A DNA stretch of 41,296 bases from Promethearchaeota archaeon (lineage in GTDB: Archaea > Asgardarchaeota > Lokiarchaeia > Sigyniarchaeales > SOKP01), in NCBI GenBank assembly GCA_019058015.1, contig JAHLWH010000263.1, positions 1 through 41,296 of the forward strand, given 5' to 3'. This document shows positions 1 to 9,364 of this stretch, in pieces. The translations under genes and the position numbers were made by a program. Position 1 is the stretch's first letter; every line of letters starts with the position of its first letter. Below the pieces are notes generated by a model. The model saw nothing but the letters and a program-made list of their open reading frames with translations, was not told the origin of the DNA and did no database searches.

Positions 1-382
1 CCATTTCAGGAGGGAAAAACCCTAATTTTTTCCAGTTATTTCCAAATTCTCTTCTATTAACATCTTCATTTAGATGTATTTGGCGTTCAGCTTCCTCTTC
101 GGGAATCAGTGGAAGTATTGGATGAAATTTTCCAGTGCCAATAATTTCAATCTTTTTTTGTTTAACAAGGTCCTTTATTAAATCCATTGTTTCTCCTAAC
201 CCGAACTCATAAAGCATATCAACAAGAACTCCATTGATATTTAAGCAAAATTGCGCATTTTCATATTGTTGTATTATTCTAAATAGCGGTTGATAGCACT
301 CATCATTTATTTTTTTTAAGACCTTGATGTCCTGAGTGGGGGGTTGGTACATGTGCAACAAAAGAGAGAAATAATTAGTCAT
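1..382 (-). CDS. Glycoside hydrolase family 57 (alpha-amylase/amylopullulanase-like), N-terminal part; runs off the window edge
   Basis: Not in the ORF track. Manual translation from ATG at 382 gives MTNYFSLLLHMYQPPTQ...ECYQPL...NINGVL...GTGKFHPILPLIP...LGFFPPEM, containing GH57 motifs HxxQP, HPILPL and GFFPPE (catalytic Glu). Confidence 0.88.
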   Translation of the reverse strand, partial: MTNYFSLLLHMYQPPTQDIKVLKKINDECYQPLFRIIQQYENAQFCLNINGVLVDMLYEFGLGETMDLIKDLVKQKKIEIIGTGKFHPILPLIPEEEAERQIHLNEDVNRREFGNNWKKLGFFPPEM

Positions 383-537
383 TTTAAGTCTCTTTATAAT
401 TTTTTCTGTTTTTCTTTTAATATAATTAGATTAATCTTAAAAATAAAAAAGTAAATTAACCAAATAATAACTTTCTTTTTTGTATGTCATATGGGTATGA
501 TACAAAATTATATTTTTTTATATTATATCTTTTCCAT

Positions 538-966
538 GTGATATATCACATTATTTTATATGAAACTAATTCCGGTAAATTAATTTTAGATATTGTTTTT
601 AAAGAAATAATTGGTGAGGATACACTATTTACGGGATTTATTTCTGCGCTTAAAAGTTTTGGTGCAGATATCTTAAAAAATCAACCAAAAAATATCAATA
701 TGATTAGGTTTGATAATTTGATAATAAAAATCTTTACTATAACAGAATTAAATATTGATATAGTAATCCTCTTTGACCCAGAACCGGAACATTATAAAAT
801 TGTAAATGAAATCCTTCCAAAAATAAAAACTATAATCTTTGAATATGAAACTCTCTTTACCGAATGGAATGGCATTAATCTCTCTGAATTTCAAATCTTG
901 GCAGAGCCAATTCTCAATCTTATAAGAAAATCAATTTTTGCTGAAGCAATCGTTGGAGCACTCTAA
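538..966 (+). CDS. Longin-like (sigma-adaptin/sybindin-like) small domain protein
   Basis: ORF 484..966; the likely start is GTG 538 because the upstream part is T-rich spacer-like sequence. Pattern IYHIILYETNSGKLILD...LFTGFISALKSFG...IRFDNLIIKI...IVILFD fits a beta-beta-alpha-beta-beta-beta-alpha-alpha longin layout common in Asgard genomes. Confidence 0.55.
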   Translation: MIYHIILYETNSGKLILDIVFKEIIGEDTLFTGFISALKSFGADILKNQPKNINMIRFDNLIIKIFTITELNIDIVILFDPEPEHYKIVNEILPKIKTIIFEYETLFTEWNGINLSEFQILAEPILNLIRKSIFAEAIVGAL

Positions 967-998
967 AAAATAGAAGTTAAAACATATCTTTTTAAATA

Positions 999-2105
999 TT
1001 ATTTTTCAATAATTGTCTCTTTTATTTTTGTTCCAAAATGAGTAGCTCCTGGCCCAATATGAACCAAGATTTCATCTCCTTTCTTCAGATAAACTACGGG
1101 CACTGATCTTCCATCTACACTGATTAATCTAATAGTTTCTGCATTTTGTAATATAACATTAATCGGTATTTTTTCATCTTTCACTTCTGCTGCTAAATTG
1201 AATAACAACATAGGTCTTACTTCAATTTTTACTCTCCCTACAGAAACAATTCTAGTGTTTCCATTTAAATCAGACACGAAAACTTTATCTCCCGCTTTTA
1301 ATTCACTAAGATAATTTGTTTTATATGGATTAGAAGCTTCAGGATCGTCGTTAGGCACTAGAATATAGGCGCTTACATCTCCCGCGTTAACACGAAAGGG
1401 TCTCGAAGCTACAAATTGAGTCTCAAATACTTCAGCATGTACAAGTACAAACCCCTTAGCAGTACTACCCACTAACATCCCCTCTCCAGAGTGTAATAAA
1501 GTTGTTGTGTCTACACATACCCTACTACCATCTGGAATTTCTTTAATGTTTAAGATTTTTGCTTTTGTAATTTCAATTTGAATAGAAGTTTGAATCAATC
1601 TTTTCAAGGATAAGATCTCATCTGAATTTTTAGGCGTAAAAACGACTCCATCGACACCAATCTCAAGAGTTTTAAACATCACCTCTGCTTCTTTTATGGT
1701 ATCAATCTGTGCAATTAATTCAGTATCAATGGAGTGAAGTCTTGCAATTAGATTTTCAAAAGGGATGATTTTCCAGTCTTTCGCTTGAACAATTATAAAA
1801 TTCAAACCCTTTTTAGCTAAATCAACAACTTTTAACTCATCATCTTTTGTTTTTAATTCCAAGAAAACTCCAACGTTTTTATCTTGATTGATTAGCTCAC
1901 CTAATTTACTATCTTCTTTTAAAATTAAATTATCTGGATCAAGTTTGGCATTATTTGAATATGTTTTAAATCTTTTAATATTCTTAAAAACTTCAAATGT
2001 CTCCTCTGAAATGATAATCTCCAATATATTATAATTAAATGCAGACTGAACTAATTCATTAAAATTTTCAGATTTTTTCTCAAAATTTAAAATAATTTTT
2101 TTCAT
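999..2105 (-). CDS. aroB': 3-dehydroquinate synthase II (archaeal type, AroB')
   Basis: Motifs DWKIIPFENLIA, RVCVDTT, GEGMLVGS, SRPFRVNAG, TNYLSELKAG, VGRVKIEVRP, ILQNAETIRL and HFG...IKETIIEK. Confidence 0.95.
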   Translation of the reverse strand: MKKIILNFEKKSENFNELVQSAFNYNILEIIISEETFEVFKNIKRFKTYSNNAKLDPDNLILKEDSKLGELINQDKNVGVFLELKTKDDELKVVDLAKKGLNFIIVQAKDWKIIPFENLIARLHSIDTELIAQIDTIKEAEVMFKTLEIGVDGVVFTPKNSDEILSLKRLIQTSIQIEITKAKILNIKEIPDGSRVCVDTTTLLHSGEGMLVGSTAKGFVLVHAEVFETQFVASRPFRVNAGDVSAYILVPNDDPEASNPYKTNYLSELKAGDKVFVSDLNGNTRIVSVGRVKIEVRPMLLFNLAAEVKDEKIPINVILQNAETIRLISVDGRSVPVVYLKKGDEILVHIGPGATHFGTKIKETIIEK

Positions 2106-2268
2106 TGTAGCCTATAATCTTACCAATTTTATTTTTTATTTTATAATTTTTTATGCGACTTAAAATCTTTTTTATTTGATGATGTTTTTTGGATTAATTA
2201 AAGTTTAAAAAACAACACTAGTATTTATATTACATAATAAAAATATTTTGAAATGGGAAAACAGAAAG

Positions 2269-2907
2269 ATGGGACTAAAAAACAAATTATTTCCAAAAAA
2301 GGGAAAAGGAAAAGAGAAAGATAAGACAATAGTGAACATTAAGAAGCAAATTCATCAATTAAAACTCAAATCTAAAGCACTAAATCAAAAATCTGAATTA
2401 TACCGAAAAAATGCAAAAATCGCATTAAAAAATGGAAATAAGGAAAGATCTAAGAATTATCTGGTCCAATGGAAATCCTATAGGAATAAAATTAATAGAA
2501 ATACTAATTTATCGTCCAAACTCGAGAGATATATTGATGCTATCGAGGAAGGCAGACTTATCAAGGGTTTGGAATCAACTTTATCCGCCTCAACGGCTGC
2601 ATTAAAAGACCTAGCGGTAAGTGCAAGTCCAGAAAAAGTTGCTACACTTAGTGAGGAAAGTGAGGAGTATATTGCAATGATTGAGGAATCAGGCGAAATT
2701 CTAGCAGGAGACCCAGAAATCGATCAAGGAATTGATATTGATGATGAGTTTGAAAAATTAGAATCCGAGGTCTTACTTGAAGCAGCTGGTGAGATTCCAG
2801 AAACTCCAGTTGAAGAGGAGTTTCTTATAGATGAGATTCCCGAAATGGAAACCAAGGAAAAGTTAAAGGACGAAATAGCAAAACTTAAAAAAGAATTAGA
2901 AGAATAA
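2269..2907 (+). CDS. Snf7-family ESCRT-III subunit (Vps20/32/60-like)
   Basis: Likely start ATG 2269 (track uses TTG 2248). N-terminal MGLKNKLFP helix, basic helical hairpin with AKIALKNGNKERSKNYL, acidic C-half with IDDEFEKLESE, IPETP (MIM2-like) and a terminal amphipathic helix. Confidence 0.88.
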   Translation: MGLKNKLFPKKGKGKEKDKTIVNIKKQIHQLKLKSKALNQKSELYRKNAKIALKNGNKERSKNYLVQWKSYRNKINRNTNLSSKLERYIDAIEEGRLIKGLESTLSASTAALKDLAVSASPEKVATLSEESEEYIAMIEESGEILAGDPEIDQGIDIDDEFEKLESEVLLEAAGEIPETPVEEEFLIDEIPEMETKEKLKDEIAKLKKELEE

Positions 2908-3002
2908 GGGTATTAAATTTTTATTTCTCTATTAAATCGATTTCTTCTTTAACTGGATAACTACATTACTCTTTTTGAGAAAAAGAAAAAATAGTATTTA
3001 GA

Positions 3003-4859
3003 TTAAAAATCTGAAGAATATTTTTTAAAAGCATCTTCTTCATCAATTTCCTTCTTCAAATCTTGAATTTTTCTCTCTATTACAAAAAGTTCTTGTTGAT
3101 AAGTTCTATAAGTTCTAAAATAATCTACTTCTGAGATCTCTGATTTCTGAAACTTCCTTTCTAGATGTTTAAGAGTCTGACTCAAACTGAATTCTTCTTT
3201 CTCAAGTTCTAAAAGTTGGGTTTTTTTATCAAAATATGAGTATTTATTATCTTCCTGGTACCCTCGCTGATTTGAATATATTTGTCCCCGACTTAAAAAT
3301 CGTTGATTTAAATTATTTGGGTTCATTAAGTCCATGTTATTAAATTCAGGGTTGAAATAATTTTTTTGAACTTGATAAGGGTGTGCAGCAGCCATATTTT
3401 GATTGATAAAGTTATTAGGGTTTATATTTGGTGGATATTGAGGAATATATGGTCTTTGAGAGTTCTCTAACTTTCTCATTAAAATTTTGTTTTCATTAAA
3501 ATGGAAATCATTTTGATTTAGATAATTTCTATTTGGCTGTGCGAATTGATTTCCTTGAAAATTATTTATATAGGGGTTATTATAATTTTTTCTCGGATGA
3601 TTATAATTATAATTTTCACCATAATTCATTTGATAATTCGGTAAATAATCTGGATTTTTACTGCCTTTTAGATTTAACAGATATGAAATGTTCATTTCGA
3701 TGAAATCAATTAAATCTTTTACATCTAATTTAAACATCATTAGAGATTTTGAGGATTCAATATCATATCTTTGATTTTCATCAAAAACTCTTGCATTCTC
3801 TATATATTCAATCACATCTTTTCTTTTTGATGAAGGTATTGAGAAGTAATATTTCCCATATACGAATTCCATATATAGTTTTTTTCTTACTGTTCCTGTA
3901 ATTTGTATTCGCTTAAATTCCTCATGAGGAATTTTAAAAATAAACTCTACCCGCTTTTTTAATAATCCATATTCATGAATAAAATAAATGTAGAGATTTG
4001 AAATTAATAAAGTCCCCCTTTCATTTGAATATTCATTTAAAGGATTGAATCCCTTTGCCAATTTGCACCGCAACGCATATAATGCTTTCTCATCTCTTGT
4101 AAATTCAATTATACTGTTAAATTTTTGAAAATTATTACGAATATCTTCAAGGAATTTTATTTTAGCATCAATTTCTTGGATTTTATCACTGATTTTTTTA
4201 AGATTATTCTCAATAAAAACAGAAAGAGATTTATGCTCATGATTAAGATTTTCCAAGATTCCGATGATGATAGGAATGTTAGTATTGGGTTGTGTTGATA
4301 TGTCGATGAAACAATTCCGATTCATAAAAATATGGTCGTATTCTCGTCTTATATTCTCATATACTTCTTTTTTCACGTGAATAAAAAGCCTGTATATTGT
4401 AATTAATTCTGCCTCTAAAGAAGGGAAATGATAACATTTAAAGGGCGGCTCTCTAACTTTTTTTAGTTTATTTCGCAGTAAGCTTAGCTTATTTATTACC
4501 TCTCTAAAAGGAATAATAAAGGATCTTGTGTTTCTAATTAATTGAATATATTTTTCATTTATCTGCTTCTTTTTCTCAAATACTTTCACAATAAGGGAAG
4601 AATTGCATTTAGGGCATATTTTTACATTCTTATAAACTTTTGTCGTATTTTGACTAAAGCAGCTATCACATTTTAATATTCCTTCCTTATTTCTACTTAT
4701 TTTTTCGGACCCACAATTACTACAGATTAAAAATTCAGTTTGTTTTTCTTTAATGCAGTCAGAGCAAAAACTAGAATGGCAACTTTCACAATAATAATTT
4801 AAATGCATGCTTCTCTGACACATTGGACAAAGCTGTGTTTGTCTTTGTCGGTCTAACAT
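3003..4859 (-). CDS. Multidomain protein: RING-like/Zn-ribbon N-terminus, helical region, PH/GRAM-like domain, N/Y/P/Q-rich linker, C-terminal steadiness-box-like domain
   Basis: Six CxxC pairs in aa 11-85 including CESCHSSFCSDCI and CPKC; DEKALY...GTLLISNLYIYF...IPHEEFKRIQI (PH/GRAM-like); low-complexity aa ~401-544; LKHLERKFQKSEISEVDYFRTYRTYQQELF resembles the Vps23/TSG101 steadiness box. Confidence 0.65.
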   Translation of the reverse strand: MLDRQRQTQLCPMCQRSMHLNYYCESCHSSFCSDCIKEKQTEFLICSNCGSEKISRNKEGILKCDSCFSQNTTKVYKNVKICPKCNSSLIVKVFEKKKQINEKYIQLIRNTRSFIIPFREVINKLSLLRNKLKKVREPPFKCYHFPSLEAELITIYRLFIHVKKEVYENIRREYDHIFMNRNCFIDISTQPNTNIPIIIGILENLNHEHKSLSVFIENNLKKISDKIQEIDAKIKFLEDIRNNFQKFNSIIEFTRDEKALYALRCKLAKGFNPLNEYSNERGTLLISNLYIYFIHEYGLLKKRVEFIFKIPHEEFKRIQITGTVRKKLYMEFVYGKYYFSIPSSKRKDVIEYIENARVFDENQRYDIESSKSLMMFKLDVKDLIDFIEMNISYLLNLKGSKNPDYLPNYQMNYGENYNYNHPRKNYNNPYINNFQGNQFAQPNRNYLNQNDFHFNENKILMRKLENSQRPYIPQYPPNINPNNFINQNMAAAHPYQVQKNYFNPEFNNMDLMNPNNLNQRFLSRGQIYSNQRGYQEDNKYSYFDKKTQLLELEKEEFSLSQTLKHLERKFQKSEISEVDYFRTYRTYQQELFVIERKIQDLKKEIDEEDAFKKYSSDF

Positions 4860-4994
4860 TAAATAGGGACCTCTATTCTAAATAGCAAAGTTAAATGAAA
4901 CCTAAAATACATATGTAATTTTTAAAATAAGTTAGAAAAGGAAAACCTAAAAAATATAATAATATCTATGTATTACAAAAATTAAACTTAATAT

Positions 4995-5288
4995 TTATTT
5001 AATTATTTTAATTTTTTGGCCTAATGCCTGACCCGGTAAACCAGCTTTTTTAAAATGGGCTAAAACTGCTCCATTATTTCCATGTGGTTTTGTTATTTTT
5101 CCTTTTAAAGATCGTCCTCCCGGCGAAATCCATTCTACTGTTCGACCTATTAATACGGATGCCTTATTCCTAGATTTTATAGCATCAAAATGCAGAATAC
5201 AATATTTTGGGTGAATTAAATGACGACCTCTTTTATAATTGGCAATAGCACCTTCCATACCTAATAATTCCAGTTTGCTAATTGACAT
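4995..5288 (-). CDS. rpl35ae: 50S ribosomal protein L35Ae (eL33)
   Basis: GAIANYKRGRH, LIGRTVEW, GKITKPHGNNGAVLAHF and GLPGQALG motifs. Confidence 0.95.
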   Translation of the reverse strand: MSISKLELLGMEGAIANYKRGRHLIHPKYCILHFDAIKSRNKASVLIGRTVEWISPGGRSLKGKITKPHGNNGAVLAHFKKAGLPGQALGQKIKIIK

Positions 5289-5470
5289 AATAAGATAATT
5301 TCCATTAATATATTCAAATATACATTTTTAAATCGTTAAAAAAATAAAAATTTTACCTAAATTTAAGAAAGCATTAATTTTTTCAAATATTTTTTATTCT
5401 TGAAAATTGTAAATTAGCAAATAGTGAATAATTTATTTAAAAATTTTTAAAGATAAGAAGATGTTTAATT

Positions 5471-6889
5471 ATGCCAAATAAAAAAATTGCTGAGAAAAAT
5501 GAAAAAGAATTATTTAAATTAATGTTTCCAGTTGGCAGTCCTGTTGTGAAAGAAGCATGTGAAATATTAAGTGATTTAATTAAAATTGATACAACAAATC
5601 CTCCAGGTAATGAGACCCCTGCTGCAGAGTATTGTAAAAGACTCTTAGAAAAGGAAGGTTTTGAAAACATAGAAATTATTGAATCTGAGCCAGGGAGAGG
5701 AAGTATCATTTGTAGATGGAAAGGATCAGATCCAAATGCTAAAAGTCTATTATTATTAGCGCATTTAGATGTTGTCCCCGCCGATCCAACCAACTGGGAG
5801 CGTGATCCATTCTGTGGAGACATAACCAGCGAGTATGTATGGGGAAGAGGTGCGCTTGATTGTAAAGGAATTTTAGTTCCCGAATTAATGGCTGCAATTT
5901 ACTTGAAGAGAGAAGGTTATAACCCAAAAGGTGATATCGTATTATGCTTTACCGCTGATGAAGAAGCGGGTGGAGAATTAGGTGTTGGTTATATAATTAA
6001 CAATTATTTTGACAAGGTGCATGTTGATTATGTTATAAATGAAGGAGGAGGATTTTTATTGCCGTTTGGAAAGGATACTCGGGATTATGTGGCTCAAATA
6101 GGAGAAAAAGGAGTTGCAGGGACAAAAATTAGGGTTAAAGGTCTTGGAGGTCATGGATCCATGCCGTTGAAACCTGATGATAATGCACTTTACGTTTTAT
6201 CTAAGGTTATCCAACGAATAGCAAAATTCAAACCGCCAATTGAGATTCAAGATTCTATAAAAGAAACAGCAGAGAAAATATCTTTGCCGGGAATTGCAAA
6301 AAAAATATTAACCTCTAAACGATTAATTAGACCAGCACTTAATCTAGCAGGAAAACTGTTTAAACAACCTTTATCAAAATTGATAATTCCTCTAGTATCC
6401 GATATATTAAATCCTACGCTATTGAACGCTGGAAAGAAGATTAACGTAATTCCTCAATATGCTGAAATGACGTTTGATTGTCGTATTTTGCCTGGACATG
6501 ATCGTGAAACAATAAAAGGATATCTTAAAAAAGCTTTAGGGAAAAAATTATTTAATAAAATTGAGATAATTCCAATCGAACCCACACAATTGGCAACAAT
6601 AAATTCAAGTAAAGATCTTTTTTATGATTTAATTGAAGAAATAATGAATGAGATGCATTCAGGGGGGGCCAAAATAGTTCCGATGCTTTCCTCAGGCTCC
6701 TGTGATACTAAATTCTTTAGATCTAAAGGTATTTATTGTTTAGGGTTTTGTCCAATTAGGTTTGATTTTAATCCAAATATGTCTTTCGGAGAGTTAGTAG
6801 AAATGGAACACGGGGCTAACGAGAGAATCTCAATTAAAAATCTAGGTTATGGTATTGAATTTTTTTTTCGATTAATTAAAAGATTTTAA
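5471..6889 (+). CDS. M20/M25/M40 family metallo-hydrolase (ArgE/DapE-like peptidase)
   Basis: AHLDVVP, GRGALDCKG, DEEAGG, NEGG, GHGSMP and HGANE metal-binding motifs. Confidence 0.93.
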   Translation: MPNKKIAEKNEKELFKLMFPVGSPVVKEACEILSDLIKIDTTNPPGNETPAAEYCKRLLEKEGFENIEIIESEPGRGSIICRWKGSDPNAKSLLLLAHLDVVPADPTNWERDPFCGDITSEYVWGRGALDCKGILVPELMAAIYLKREGYNPKGDIVLCFTADEEAGGELGVGYIINNYFDKVHVDYVINEGGGFLLPFGKDTRDYVAQIGEKGVAGTKIRVKGLGGHGSMPLKPDDNALYVLSKVIQRIAKFKPPIEIQDSIKETAEKISLPGIAKKILTSKRLIRPALNLAGKLFKQPLSKLIIPLVSDILNPTLLNAGKKINVIPQYAEMTFDCRILPGHDRETIKGYLKKALGKKLFNKIEIIPIEPTQLATINSSKDLFYDLIEEIMNEMHSGGAKIVPMLSSGSCDTKFFRSKGIYCLGFCPIRFDFNPNMSFGELVEMEHGANERISIKNLGYGIEFFFRLIKRF

Positions 6890-6929
6890 ATCTTATTGAG
6901 AAAAGTAAATAAATTATATATATTAAATT

Positions 6930-8060
6930 TCAAGGTTCAAAATTCTTTACAATATTTGCAACCATTTCTACTTTCCTAAAATCTGCATTTGGGGGCAATT
7001 CATCCGATATACCCAATATAAGATTTGGAGAGAACATTTCTAACACTTTTTGAGTGTAGTTTTTCACATATTTAAATGAGTATTGTGGCAAGAAAATTAA
7101 AGCAGGAATTCCATCTAGTAAAACTTTATTTTTAATAGCTGCTTGAATTTCTTCTAAAGTGACATCACCCTGGGGTTTAGCTGTAAGAGCTTCTAAACCG
7201 TCAAATGGTAATCCTTCTAAATATGGAAGTAAATCCTTTAAAGAACCGTCCATATGAATGTGGCAATATTTTCCAACTCTATGAAATTGTTTCACTCGTT
7301 TTTCATAATATGGAATTAGAAATTTTTCAAAATATCTTGGAGGACTTAAATTACAATCAATATTTTCTCCGAAATTAAAAATTTTAATTGGGGAATTGCA
7401 TAGAATTTCAAACATATCATCATCACAACAGTCCATAAATTTCATTAAATCTTCCATTTCATTCGGATATCGCCTTAAATTTATAATTGTCCTTTCAAAA
7501 CCCATATATTGTGTTATTAAACTCATATAAGGAGAACGAGCAAAATAGGTACCTACAACACCTCTATCTCCAATTATTTTTTTTGCTAACTTAAAAATTG
7601 GTAAATAAAAATGAAATTTTGTATGTTTTATAATATATTTTAAAATTTTCATATCATTAACAGTTTTAACTGGATATTCAACAAGATGCCCTCCTCGACT
7701 TTTTTTATAAAGATTCCCTAATTTAGTTTTATACACGGTGATTAACGTTCCATCCGTTTTATCACGTGCCCATTTAACTCGAATATGTCTTATTTTTTTA
7801 CGTGGCCATATTAATGGCAAGTAAAAATTTTCTATAACATATCGTGGACTTGCTTCAAGATAATCGAAAATTCCCAGTAAACTTTTTCTTAAAATATATT
7901 TAGGTATCTTACCGGCACATTTTTTATCAGTTCTTGGTCGTCTCCATAGACGGTTTCCATAGTACCAGTAATAAAGCCTGGGACTAAATACTATTCTATC
8001 AATTGGTTTTCGAGAGAATGTGTTTAAAATTCTTTGCCGAAGTGTTAATAGTTTTGACAT
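6930..8060 (-). CDS. Uroporphyrinogen decarboxylase-family (MtaA/CmuA-like) protein
   Basis: GFERTII, NFGENID, SPPRYFEKFLIPYY, HIHMDG, EALTAKPQGD and LILGISDELPP patterns typical of the URO-D/methyltransferase TIM-barrel family. Confidence 0.8.
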   Translation of the reverse strand: MSKLLTLRQRILNTFSRKPIDRIVFSPRLYYWYYGNRLWRRPRTDKKCAGKIPKYILRKSLLGIFDYLEASPRYVIENFYLPLIWPRKKIRHIRVKWARDKTDGTLITVYKTKLGNLYKKSRGGHLVEYPVKTVNDMKILKYIIKHTKFHFYLPIFKLAKKIIGDRGVVGTYFARSPYMSLITQYMGFERTIINLRRYPNEMEDLMKFMDCCDDDMFEILCNSPIKIFNFGENIDCNLSPPRYFEKFLIPYYEKRVKQFHRVGKYCHIHMDGSLKDLLPYLEGLPFDGLEALTAKPQGDVTLEEIQAAIKNKVLLDGIPALIFLPQYSFKYVKNYTQKVLEMFSPNLILGISDELPPNADFRKVEMVANIVKNFEP

Positions 8061-8286
8061 AATAATAACTTATATAACTCAAAAATATGTTTAGTTTTAA
8101 GTTTTATAAATTTTTAATATGAAAAGTTATATTGAAACAAAAAATTAAAAAAAATAAAAAGTAAGGCAAGATCGTTTAATTAAATAGAGCGACTTCCATA
8201 GATTTTTAAAAGATAACCATTTTTTCAATATTAATATTAAAATTGGAAACCTATACTATATTTTAATAATTTAGGTAGAAATATAT

Positions 8287-9357
8287 TTGAAATTATTTGT
8301 CACTTTATCATTCTTTCATACAAAAATCGGTCCACAAATTTATTGTTCATTTCCAGAAAATGCTTTAGATGCCCAACAAATGCGTAGAATTGCAAACCTT
8401 ATGGATCACCCAATTGATGAAGGCTATTTTAATTATAATTTTGATGATCTTAATTCTATGAATTATTATTTTGAAATTTATTCTGGTTGCGCGCGTGGTG
8501 GCAGACAAATGTTAATGTTATCGGTAATTGTAAATCAAATTGTTACTAAAGAGAGAGAAAAAAATGTTCTATTATGGTTTATTGAATTTACCGAAAAGTT
8601 ACAATCTAATAAAGAGGCATATAAAGCATTCCATATATATGAAAAACAAAAATATGATGAGAAAGTTCAAAAAAATATAGAAGAAAATGAAGAATTAGTT
8701 AAGAGCTGGTTAAAAGAAATACATTGGGCATCATTAGAGGAATTTCGTGATAAGAGTGAAGAAGAAAAAATAGCATCTACATTTAAAGATAAGGAAATCT
8801 TTGATACTCATGAAAAGCTTTCTAAAGGTGCTATTAGATGTGATGATTTACAAAAATGGTTTAATGAAAATTTTAAACAATCATTGTTTGATGGCGTAAT
8901 AAAAAAATTTATAGATAATCAATTTATTTTAATAACCGAAATTATCTACGAACAACATATACTTCTTTTAAAAGAAGTTAAAGCTATAAGAATGCCACCA
9001 AAAAGTCTAATAGAACATTTTGACGAAAGTCCAAAAATTAGTGATCTTGTTGTCCAAAAAGTAAAAAAAGTTTTTGATAAATATATTCCAACTAAGGAAG
9101 ATTCATTTCAATTATTTCAATTTATTGCAGATCCTAAAATATACAATGTACTTTCAAAACTTCGAACAGGTCCTATCTTAAAAAACACTCTACCAAATCT
9201 AATTTCAGAAAATGCTTTTACTTCATTGCTTGAAATTCTCAAAATTTTGAAAAAATATGAAATTATTGATGAATTTAAATATAAAAGGGAAATTTTTGTT
9301 GTTTTAATAGCTGATATTCAAATTACTACATCCTTTCCTGAATATCTAAGAAAATAA
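8287..9357 (+). CDS. uDENN/longin-like (NPR2/folliculin-like) N-terminal domain protein
   Basis: TTG start after AGGTAG. LSFFHTKIGPQI resembles the F-H/D-x-x-x-G-P start of uDENN/NPR2 longin domains; ARGGRQMLMLSVI resembles the ARG motif of folliculin/SMCR8 uDENN domains. The C-half may contain winged helices. Confidence 0.6.
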   Translation: MKLFVTLSFFHTKIGPQIYCSFPENALDAQQMRRIANLMDHPIDEGYFNYNFDDLNSMNYYFEIYSGCARGGRQMLMLSVIVNQIVTKEREKNVLLWFIEFTEKLQSNKEAYKAFHIYEKQKYDEKVQKNIEENEELVKSWLKEIHWASLEEFRDKSEEEKIASTFKDKEIFDTHEKLSKGAIRCDDLQKWFNENFKQSLFDGVIKKFIDNQFILITEIIYEQHILLLKEVKAIRMPPKSLIEHFDESPKISDLVVQKVKKVFDKYIPTKEDSFQLFQFIADPKIYNVLSKLRTGPILKNTLPNLISENAFTSLLEILKILKKYEIIDEFKYKREIFVVLIADIQITTSFPEYLRK

Positions 9358-9364
9358 TAAAAAT

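Noticed and set aside
5437-5927. Antisense ORFs 5437..5823 and 5739..5927
   Set aside because: Shadows of the M20 peptidase. The same applies to 11396, 12071, 12905, 16477, 20469, 21490, 22636, 30694, 32273, 33187, 33573, 36188 and 37234.
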